Source: Podarcis erhardii (taxonomy: Eukaryota). From it: a stretch of DNA of 64,000 bases. How positions within the stretch are numbered: the first letter of the stretch is position 1; each line of letters starts with the position of its first letter. A model generated the notes under the pieces. It was not told where the DNA came from. It worked only from the letters and a program-made list of their open reading frames with translations, and did no database searches. Where the stretch lies: assembly GCA_964252035.1 (NCBI GenBank), contig OZ176208.1; one strand, written 5' to 3'. The position numbers and the translations under genes were made by a program. Positions 13,388-24,589 of this stretch are shown here, in pieces.

Positions 13388-13774
13388 CTGTATTTTTTTA
13401 TCTATAAGACTCACTTTTTCCCTCCTAAAAAGGAAGGGGAAATGTGTGTGCGTATTATGGAGCGAATGCAGGCTGCGCAGCTATCCCAGAAGCCAGAACA
13501 GTAAGAGGGATTGTATAGTAATTTATCTATATGTATGTTTATATGTTTATTGATATGATGATTTGTACAGTGCATATTTACATGGACATGTGTATTTGTA
13601 AAGTTTGAATAAAAAGTATTAAAAAAAAAAAAGAGGGATTGCTGCTTTCACTGCGCAGTGATCCCTCTTGCTGTTCTGGCTTCTGAGATTCAGAATATTT
13701 TTTTTCTTGTTTTCCTCCTCCAAAAACTAGGTGCGTCTTGTGGTCTGGTGCGTCTTATAGAGCGAAAAATGCAG
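13388..13774 (-). mobile_element. Tc2/Tigger-like MITE interrupted by a poly(A) retro-insertion
   Basis: Ends ctgtattttttt-atctataagac / gtcttatagagcgaaaaatgcag flanked by TA (13386-87, 13775-76). Termini are related to the MITE at 42244 in the opposite orientation. Confidence 0.8.
13514..13630 (+). mobile_element. 117-bp 5'-truncated poly(A)-tailed retroposon (L1-type 3' end)
   Basis: AATAAA at 13608-13, A-run at 13621-32, perfect 11-bp TSD AAGAGGGATTG (13503-13, 13631-41). Confidence 0.85.
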
Positions 13775-15728
13775 TACTTAGAGGGAGCTACAGCAGAAAT
13801 CCTCCAAGTTAAGGCCCCTTCCAAGTGCTCCCAACCTGTCTTCTCTTGAATCTGTCTTTTTTTGCCTAATGTCAGTTGTCTTGCCATCAAATAGTTGTCT
13901 TTTTCTCCAGTTCAGCTAGAGCTGAGCCTTTCTACCATAGCTAAGAAAAGGAGGAGTACCAATAGCTGAAGTTGTTGCCTGGAGTGTTTGTGTAAGAGCA
14001 AGGGTAAACGTGCACTGAACTTTTGGACAGCTCTTTACCTCACCACAGGAAACTCCTGTTTTCTGTTCCCCAACTACAGGTGCTGCTAACATCTGCCCAT
14101 CTTGCTTGCTATTAGACTTGTCAGTTTTGTCCTGTGTGATTGCAGCTAAGCAGAGAAGTTGCTAAGGTGAAAGCATGGGGTGAAGGCCTACCATGCCTTG
14201 CCATTGTGCAAGAACCCACAGTCTCCTCCGTCCCTTTTAAAAACCTAAAATAGTCGGATGTGCAATCATCCTTCCAACACTGGAGCACACACACAGCCTT
14301 TAAAAGGAAAAAGGGCATCTTCCTCCGCGGCCATCAATTGATTTAAAACTTTCATGCCAGCATACCGACAGCAGGAGAGAGTCTCAAAAGTGCTTTAAGT
14401 GGCATGTATGAATTCAGTCTCAGATATTGCTGCCAATTACTACCAGCCATTAGCTAGCAAGGGTAATGAGCAAGCCAGTTACCTGAAATGTGCTTGAAGC
14501 TCACTACCCCCCAGAGCTTTCTTTTGAAAATTGCTTCCCCTCCAACATGTAAGCTATACTTACATAGAGCAGCCGTAGAGTCTACCAAGGCAGGCAGAGC
14601 TTAGCAGGAGCAGGGAAAAGCCACAGTGCAGTGCCCATGCATATTTCTCCACTTCTACTGCAACTGCTTCTCCTCCTCCCTCTCCTTTTATCAGCTAAGA
14701 GCCCTGAGTTCCAGCTGTGCTGGGAAAATGGTCACTTCTAAATCCTAACCTAGATTCCTTTCTTGAAGCTCTTTTGGCTTCAGCCCCTTCTCTCTTTGCT
14801 AAGCAGCATTCCTTTCCCTTAGAGAACTGTCTTTTCCCTGGGCATTCATTCCGGTTGCTATATCTAATGCTTGGTTAAAGGTAACAGACATGGATATAAA
14901 ATTATCATATGATTCTGAAGCTCCCACTGATGTGCATAATAGTGAAATTAAATACTTCCCGTGGTTAAGGCAGGTCTTCTAGCTCTGAAATTATGCTCTA
15001 GCCCCAGAGACCAGCCAAAAAAAGATGTTTATGGCCCAAGATGCACCTAGCAGAAGAAGATGAAATCTCACACATCCCCATTCATCAGTACTATGGCATC
15101 CTCAATGCCTCAGAAGCAGTAGACTTTGGGAATGGCTGTCATAGCTATGGAGAGTAGAGAACTTAATTACAAGAAAAGGGGATGTTACCAGGAAAAAGAG
15201 CAGCAGGGAAATGACATTCATTTTATTTAGGGAAGGGCAGCACCCCTGATGGGACCAGTATGTGAATTGAGTAGTGCTTACAGGAAGCTTTTAAGCAATT
15301 GCCATCAGTGGTGGGGAGACTGCTCTACTATCATTGGCTTAGATTGCTGAAAGAGTGGAGAAATCACTTGCCTGCTAGGGATGGTGGAGAAATTCAATTC
15401 AGTACACATTTAACACGGAACCCATCAAACCTGCAGTTTCCAAAATAATATGTGAACCAATATACATCTAACCTTCAAAAGTTGCACTTACCAGAATGCT
15501 ATTTGGAGTGGTGTATGTGTATACAAAGACAGAAGTGTGTGTATACAAAGACAGAAATATTTTAGTGAAATTTTGTGAGTCCCTACTTTTAAGGTTTTTA
15601 ATCAGGCCATGACTAATGGACATACTTGAGTAGAACTTTTCAGTGCACTCATTTAAAGAACTACTCAGGTGTAAGTTACATTGAATTTAATGGGACTTGC
15701 CCCCAGGCAAGTGAGTATAGTAGTAGTA

Positions 15729-15730
<2 letters not shown>

Positions 15731-15775
<45 letters not shown>

Positions 15776-15870
15776 TTATTATTTATACCCCGCCCATCTG
15801 GCTGGGTTTCCCCAGCCACTCTGGGCAGCTTCCAACAAAATATTAAAAATACAATAAATCATCAGACATT
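15731..15870 (-). mobile_element. L2-type LINE 3' end with (AAT)15 tail
   Basis: (AAT)15 at 15731-75 then ttattatttataccccgcccatctggctgggtttccccagccactctgggcagcttccaac. Confidence 0.85.
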
Positions 15871-16799
15871 CAGATGTAGTTTGGTTTGGCATTAATCTCA
15901 ACATTTAATGCCTGTGCATTTGGTCTTCATAAAATATGTTTTTAAAGCATATGCTGTTTTTTTCTTAATGGATAGCCTACTGAAATGTGTAAATGCTTTC
16001 TTCATATGTTTCCCTGGTGATTTTGAGGAGATAAAGGAGGTAGATTCCAAGGAGGAGTTGGGTTTTTTGTGATTGCAGTTTTTGTAAATTGTAAGTTTTC
16101 AAAACTATTTTAAAGTTGTATTTTAAATTGTTGTAATCCACCCTTGGGCATTAGGGTGAAGGGCAAGTAATAAATTAAAATGATGATGGAGTTTGTGGCA
16201 CTCATTCAATCTGACTGCACTTGAACGTTTGATAAATCATGGTTCATCATGATATGAATGAGCTCAGCATTCTGCTGTGCTGCACTGCTCCCCGGCTCTT
16301 TCTGTAGCTGTGAGGAGGAATTCAGACATTTTCACTTTTATTTTTGCTTAACCCATTTGTCATGTCATCTGAACCCACTAATCTCTGATTGATCTTAACT
16401 ACGGTTTAATTGAAACAAGCCAGCTTCAAACTGTGGCTTATTAATCTGACTTGCTTCAATAAACTATAGTTAAGATTAACCAAAAATTTACAGTTTAGAT
16501 GCAACACTTCAATGTGACTAATCATAAGCAAAGGTTTCTGATCTCACAGCAGCTCTGGAGGAGAGCCTGAAGGAAAACTAGGTTTGTTCCCTTAATGATA
16601 ATCCATAACGATAGTTTACTGTGACATTCAAAAACAGTCACTGTGTGTTTATGGGTGGTTTTCATATAACAAGTGAAATCTAACACAAACAATGCCAATG
16701 TCAAGGGGTTGTGGCTCCCTAAATTCATGATCCTTATAGTCATTGAACACACATAACAATGAATTGGAGATTATTTGTGGCAAGTATGACTTGAATTGA

Positions 16800-17213
<414 letters not shown>

Positions 17214-18400
17214 TAAAGAATTTTTCTGTAGCCACAAATAAACATGTCCAAACCTTTCATAAGCTGGAGGGGGATTCTGGGTAGAGTCAGGCAGATGATG
17301 CATCCAACTGTTCTTCAGAAATCCATAAATAATAACAAATGTAGCTTAAAGCTAATTTATGCATGGTAGTTATACAATCATGAACCCACCCTTTTAAGAT
17401 TGATAAGCATTTGCATTCTCCTTCTAAAAAAGAAATGTTTAGGCCTGGGGAGGAATCTACTTTTCATTAAGAAGCATGGGTTTCAAGTGCCTGGAAATAA
17501 GTGATTTGTTTTTTAAGAAGGCATTTCAAGAACGCATACTTCTCACTCTGAAAACAATCTTTTGGACTATTCTGTATCCCCTACTCTTTTTCACTCATTT
17601 GCTCTAGCTTCATTTGACAGTCCTGTCCCTTTATCCTGGCAATTTCTCTCCACTTTCTGTCCTGTTCTTGATCTTAGTTAACACACCTTCCCTTCCGTAG
17701 TGTTGTGTCCTGCACTATATTAGACTGTTCATGCCATTCAACTGTACCTATCAGTATAAAGGTTTAAAGGTGAATGGCTGGAAATAGAACAATTCAGCAA
17801 AACAGAGTTTTCGGGTAACTAATTTTCCTCTAGAGTTATGGACTTGAATTCTGTGCCTCTGTCTTCCTACTAAGAAGTTCCGCTGTATGTAATGGGACTC
17901 ACTTAAAGTGAGTGTGACTGAGGTTACTATCTTAGGGTGTTTAATGATGACACACTGTTGAAAAGTTCAGCATTATAAAGTTCATTGGAATACCCAAATT
18001 TATTGAGTGGGAAAACTCACTACTAGATGATGTGAGACAGCATATTCTGTTTTACCAGGTGTTTCTTATATGGATAAAAGGAGAAAGAGAAGCAGGCTGC
18101 TGCTTTGAGTGACAGGCACATTGTCCTCCTAACCTCCAACTCTGCCTCTGAATGTATCTTTGGCTCAATGTAGATGTCAAGGTTAACTATAGTTTGGCAG
18201 GATGTCTGGTGTATATTTGGAAGCTCATACTGTGGTTTGAGGTCTAGAATTATGGTTAGAGATGGTTTGGGGTGATCTCAGGGTTGAATTTGTGTTTATA
18301 TGCATGCATGTATATTCCTTTGTGGGGGCTTATTTGTATAGGGGCCCAGAGGCAGATTAATAGCTCTCTGTCCATCTTGTATTCAAAACTTTTGCAATTA

Positions 18401-18642
18401 CAGTGGTACCTCGAGTTACAAACACCTCAGGTTACAAACACTTTGGGTTACAGACTCCGCTAACCCAGAAGTAGTACCTCAGGTTAAGAACTTTACCTCA
18501 GGATGAGAACAGAAACCGTGCATGGGTGGCATGGCGGCAGCGGGAGGCCCCATTAGCTAAAGTGGTACCTCAGGTTAAGAATGGTTTCAGGTTAGGAACG
18601 GACCTCCGGAACGAATTAAATTCGTAACCAGAGGTACCACTG
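18401..18642 (+). mobile_element. 242-bp Tigger-like MITE, copy 2
   Basis: TA|CAGTGGTACCTC...GAGGTACCACTG|TA; same length and body as copy 1. Confidence 0.92.
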
Positions 18643-20039
18643 TACTTGTCATGTTTGTTTTGCTACCTTTGGAATTGACAATTAATTTAAGCATCCCAGC
18701 AAAAAAAAGAAAAGAAAAGAAAAGAAAGAAAGAAAAAAGAGGGAAAATAGAGCTTAATCTAACAAAAATATTAGATTCACAGAATTGGTATGTTTTCAGA
18801 TTCCCCCTCCCACTCATTTGCCAGCAGATATTCTCCCACATGTTCAAAGTGATTCTGCATCCTGTAGTGACTAGAGAGACATGCGGTGGCAATGTATACA
18901 AGGGTGACTGGAGTACTGCTTTTCAGTATTTTTCTCTATGTCTTTTACCTGGGCATTATGCTACTGCTGACCGCTTCTAGCCTCTAGAGTTTAAATTTAC
19001 TTTTCTGTTAGGAAAAAGTACAGCAGACCTGCAACTTATGCACACTTAAGTTGTGCCCATTCAGCTTTAGGTGCTTGGCAGAATAAATCAAAAAATTAAA
19101 AACGAGGCAGAAAATAAGAGGGTATCCATGGGGGCAGGGGACTTTGGCAACCCCAACTGCCATTGCACCCAGTGTGGTTTGACGATATATGATTTTGGCT
19201 TTAGGCACTATCCCTGAAATGTAAGCTCCACATAAGTTGTGGGTCTGCTCCATGTAGCAATAGTCTGATATTGTCTTCTCCAACTCTAGCTTCCCTCCTT
19301 CTCTAATGAGATTTTAGCCACATTCAATTATTGTGCTAAAGATGCAGCAGAAAAGAGTCATGATTGCTTGTGTTCACCTGTTGACTCTACCTTTTTCCCC
19401 TAGTTATTCCTTTTACTAACAAAATTGAGATTGTACGTTCTTCAAGACAGAGATCTGTATAGTTTGCTTACATTGCTCTGTAAGGTGACATGTAGGACAG
19501 TAATGCTATATAAATAATAAACTTGGCAAAGAACATTTATGAGAGATATTAATTAAAGGCAAGACATTTTACAATGGATCATTTACAAGTTGTTAGTGAT
19601 CAGTGTTCAGTTGTTGCTCGTCACTTGTTGCTGCAGGCTTGTGTGAACTACATAGCAACAGCACAGTGAAACTGAAAGCTTGGAAGGCGTTAGGTACATA
19701 GTACAGATGGAATAAGCTTGTCTGTTACCTGATTAAAGCCCTTCATTTTAAAAAGGGGCAAGGAGCGAGTTACCATTTTAGCTGATTCAGTAGCACAGTT
19801 AGCTACAAACAGAAGCTGCTTAGGATGGTGTGGATTTTTTTTAAAACGACATCAATTTTTCTACTCAAATTCAGAAAATACTATCTTGTGTGTTTTGTTT
19901 TCGAGGATTACTGGTGTTCATTAGCTAGATGAGGTTTTCGGTGCAGCGCTAGTATATACTTGGTGTCTGCAATGGGGTGGGGGTTGAAGTTGCCTATTAG
20001 TATTCTCTGTTTCTCATTAGGTTTACTATCTGGGTGAGC

Positions 20040-20620
20040 ATTTGTTTGGAGTGTCCCTCCCCTCCAATGTGGACTATTGGGGCACATTAGAGATCCTGTA
20101 CCACCCATCTCTGCATTCTCCCTCTGCCTGATCTGATAGTGGTGATCTCAAACATGAGGAGGAGGAACCTCCAGAATGGATGTTCTGGGAGACCTCAATA
20201 TCCATGTCAAGGCTTACTTGTCAGAGGTAGTTCAGGATTGTCATGGCAACTATAAGGTCATGGAGCTGCCTCCAGTTGTCAGTGGCCCAACATGTGCTAA
20301 AGGTCATGCTATGGTATAGGAATGAGAGGGATTTTTCTTCTCTCCTTTCATGGCCAAATCACTTTTGAATGAGATTTAGGCTTGCTGTGTCTTCCTCTCT
20401 CTGCATGGGTGAGAGAACAATCCATGGGTGAGAGAACAATGCAATCTCAGGTTGATGGGTCCTAGAGAGAGTTATGAGAGCACTTGCAATATTTCTATTA
20501 GCATGGCTGGTGGTCCTGTCATAGCCCTGGTTGCTTTGTGGAATGTGGAAATGACTCAGTTGATGTAATTGCTCCTAAGCTCCCTTTTGGTGCTATTGGT
20601 TTGGCCCCTTGGTTTACAGG
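20040..20620 (+). mobile_element. Old L2 LINE ORF2 fragment (APE endonuclease and linker)
   Basis: Manual translation with frameshifts: VLGDLNIHVK (20182), MAGGPVIALVALWNVEMT (20503), PWFT (about 20607). These match the L2 motifs VLGDFNIH...LWN.EMT.AVD.IAP...PWFT. Confidence 0.7.
20404..20440. repeat. 19-bp-period tandem duplication inside the L2 fossil
   Basis: catgggtgagagaacaat occurs twice (20404-21, 20423-40). Confidence 0.9.
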
Positions 20621-22366
20621 CAGATACCACTCATACCACTGTCATGAGAACAGACAGTGATGGGAATGCAAGTCAGAAGTGGATCCTGCAAAACACAATG
20701 AAAAGCTCATCTCAGAGTCTTCTGTGACTTTATTTGCTAAGCACTTGGAAATTTGCATCCTTAATAATTTGCATGCCACTTCATTGCCATTAAATGGGTC
20801 TCTAGTGAACTGGGATTAATTTCATTTATTGAGGCCTAGGGACATAAACAAGGTGCTTGGAAGAGTACAGGGTGCCATCTTTTTGCTTGGCCGTTGCTGC
20901 TTCTGGCTCATAATATTGAGCAGGAAGTAATAAATACCTGCTTGCTAGAAGGTGAGTTCTGAACCACCTTAAAGGACTATTCCAGCTCTCAGCCAAATGT
21001 CCAACGTAATATTTTTGGAAACTGCTCAAGTGGATGGTTGTTGTGCAAGACTTGGATGGCACTGATTATCTAGATCCATTTCAGTGTACTTACAGGGTTG
21101 AACTTTGCACTGAAAAGGCTATTTGCAGATAAACAGTGATTTGTACACTAATAGTTACCTTGGCTGTGAACATGGATAAGTGGAAAGGCTATTTGTAGGA
21201 TTGGCCAAAGCAGTCTAGGTTCTCTATTATTAGAAAACTGTAAGTCTTGGTGAAAAATAATGCAGAGTCCTACTGCTCCCCTCCCACTTCTTGATCCTTG
21301 TGCATTTTCTTTCTCTTTTTCCTTTTTTCATATCTGGGACCAATGGATTGCAATCTTTGTCTGTGCATTTGGAATGAACATAATCTTTAAAAAGGAAAGG
21401 CAACTTTATTAATCTCTGTGTCTGGGAGTTTCACATTTCTCCTAAATGTAATTTGATACCTGAAGCCAAGAACTCAATCATTCATTCTCTGCCACATGGA
21501 TCCAGAAATAAGACACTTCTGTTAGCCTGTGCACCGCATAATGCATGCAAATGCTATGCTTAACAATGCTAGCTGGAACTGTGAAAGTGATAGGTGCTTA
21601 TTTGCTCTGATATTGTGTCATTATAATGATATACTATTGGGAGAAATTAATAACAGCACTCATTGTTTAGTATGCACTAGCACGTAAAATCAAAAGCTAA
21701 TGAAAGCCACCACTGTTGGAAAGTAATAATCTCAGACTTGCCATCATAAAACAGAATAGCCTAGCAGTGAGGAGAAATTTCTGCAGAATCAAACATAAAA
21801 TGCCAAATTGAAAGATGGGAACTTTACAGGCTTTGGGAATTGGGACGGATATCTCATATTTGTTTTCCCACTGGGTCACCTTGTCGGTACTTGTGTGCTA
21901 TTCAGTTTGAAACATAAGAGGAAGCCATTTTACAATAATATGCCTTTACACTGATTACAGGCACACAAATGTCTCTATCCCCAATAAGAGTGTGACATTT
22001 AGTCTTGATTTATTAGAACCAATTGAAATGAGATTTATTGATTGGTCTCTGCTTTACTCTTTCACAATTAATTTGTTGAGGACACAGTATCCCCTAGTTT
22101 GGAGAATGTTAAAACCTTGCAAATTAGAAATGCGAAGGAAGGGGTGGGCGTGGCTTGTTGGAAAGCTAAATGGCAGCATAATTCTGTGTCTCCAATCGTC
22201 CTGGGACAAAGTCTAAGCAAAGTGGATCCTATTGACATCTGATCAAAAGTTTTATATAGCCTTGGCAAGGAGATGATTCAAGGAATACATGGACCAAAAA
22301 GCAAACCTGCAAGGTTAGTTAGAGGGAGCTTTATCTGAGGCTTCAGAGGAGGCCTCAGACATTGAC

Positions 22367-22830
22367 ATGGCTAAAAGCAGCATGAAAGCCCCCAAAGGCA
22401 GGAAAGTAGCTGCTACAATGGAGGAGGCCAGAGACGCAGATGTGTACATTAACAAAATAAGGCATGCCCTAGCCTTGGACTGGAGAGCAGCCCTAGCTCC
22501 ACTTGAGAAGAAATTCGATTTGCTATCTGACCAACTGTCAGGTGTTTCTAAAACTGCAAATGATGCACACAATCTTGCTCTAACCACCCAATCTGAGATC
22601 CAGCTCTTACAAATGGAGACTGAATATTTAGCTGTGAAGCTGGAGGAACAATCAGACAGGGACAGGAAGAGAAATGTGAAGGAACAACTGGTGCTGGAAA
22701 TGAACTTTTAAATGTTGCAGGATGTAGAACACATATTTGGTGCAGTTTGGCAGCCTGCCAAACATATTGCTTCTGCAATATGGTGGCAAGGCATTTGTAC
22801 AGCGTAACATTTGACCCAATATCTGGCTTA
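22367..22830 (+). mobile_element. Probable L1/Tx1-clade LINE remnant (ORF1 coiled coil plus possible ORF2 C-terminal piece)
   Basis: The 114-aa ORF has heptad-like content and KLEEQSDRDRKRNV, resembling the L1 ORF1p motif LEN.SRR.N(I/L)R. It is followed by degenerate CWK*...HIWCS. Confidence 0.5.
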
Positions 22831-23551
22831 GTTCCTGGTGATCATACGTAGAGCCATATCTTTTCTCTAGCTTTCTGGAGGGCTGTAGGCAACACAATGA
22901 CTGGGCAACAAAGGTGAGCAGTTTGAAATTAGCATGGTCAAACACACATGAGAAACTGTCATAGGGTTTCTTGTGTGGCAGTGATGATGGCTAATAATTC
23001 CTACTTTTCCATCACCATGTGAACTGTTGGCCAGCAGAGTAGTCCTGAATGGTAAAGAGACTCAACTATTGTAATGTATCTGCCTGCCTTAAAAATAATA
23101 ATGCATTTTTTATACATTTCAATAGAAGAAAAAACGGAAAGTAATAAACAATAGGAAAAAAGAGTTACATATTCTATTACATTCAAAAATACCATCACTG
23201 ACGGACTTCCCTTCCTTGGTTCCTTTTATATTCCACTTCCTCTCGCATCATCTTAGTTACCCCAGTCTTTCCCATTAATTCTCATTCTGGGCCTGCCTTT
23301 TAAGATAATTTGAAAACTTCAGATGGTGCATTTAAAAAATAAGCTGAGCCTCCCCGCATGCTCACTCACTAGTGCAATTGTGGGGAAGAGCTCAGAAGCT
23401 TTCTGATTAACTATAATTTCTCCTGAGCCCTGTCCCTTCAATTATTTTTAAAAATAGATTAATATTTATCCCACCCATCCCTGGATAGCAACAGTAGCCA
23501 GTGGGGTGACGCCACAGCCCTTACTTGGCATCACTGCCTACTGAGAGGGAG

Positions 23552-23564
23552 AGGTCAAAGGTCA
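23552..23564 (+). promoter_or_regulatory. Perfect DR1 nuclear-receptor element AGGTCA-A-AGGTCA (candidate only)
   Basis: Exact consensus match in intron 3; function not demonstrated. Confidence 0.35.
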
Positions 23565-24195
23565 AGGCGGAGGCATGGTTAGCACAGTGCAAACTCAGTG
23601 GTGGGAGCACTGATGATGGCAGTGCATGGGAGGTCAGGCAACTACTGCCTCCCTGCCCTGCCGCTGGATAACATTCTGAGAGCACTGCCCAGTGTTTCAA
23701 AGAGCATTTAAAACTTAGACGAGGACTCCCAAACATCATGCCTGCATATAGCAGTTCAGTGCCTGGTTGCAGTTGTGGACTGACTGAGGGCTAAGAAACT
23801 GATAGAGACATTGATGACAGATGATTCCTCTAGATGAGTGAAGTCTGGAGTGGGTTTATTTGACAGTGGCTGAGGAACGCTCTTCTTAAAGAGGCTTGCT
23901 TGGTGGTCCCACATTAATAATAATAATAAAAACTTCTCCCAAAAAATGCTACTAACGATATATATTTACCTCTGCACATTGATGTTTGTTGCTTGCTTTT
24001 CAGCTAACATGAAGCGTTTTGGGCTGTTTTGTGTATTGTTATCCATTTCTATATGCTTAACCTCTGTTTTACTTTCTGGTGCTGGTTTGGACTTCAGCAT
24101 TGAATTGATTGTATTTTATTGTGTTCTTAATTTTGTGTTACATTTAAAGTGTGTATGTCTTCTAGAGAATTCATTTTGTGCAGTGACAAATAAGG

Positions 24196-24589
24196 GTTGT
24201 TGTTGTTGTTTAGTCGTTTAGTCGTGTCCGACTCTTCGTGACCCCATGGACCAGAGAACGCCAGGCACCTCTGTCCTCCACTGCCTCCCGCAGTTTGGTC
24301 AAACTCATGCTGGTAACCTCGAAATCACTATCCAACCATCTCGTCCTCTGCCGTCCCCTTCTCCTTGTGCCCTCCATCTTTCCCAACATCAGGGTCTTCT
24401 CCAGGGAGTCTTCTCTTCTCATGAGGTGGCCAAAGTACTGGAGCCTCAGCTTCACAATCTGTCCTCCCAGTGAGCACTCAGGGTTGATTTCCTTCAGTAT
24501 GGAGAGGTTTTATCTTCTTGCAGTCCATGGGACTCTCAAGAGTCTCCTCCAGCACCATAATTCAAAAGCATCAATTCTTCGGCGATCAG
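24196..24589 (-). mobile_element. Bov-B (RTE) LINE, 5'-truncated 3' end
   Basis: Minus-strand ORF KLRLQYFGHLMRREDSLEKTLMLGKMEGTRRRGRQRTRWLD...AWRSLVHGVTKSRTRLND is the typical Bov-B ORF C-terminus; (CAA)n tail. Confidence 0.93.
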
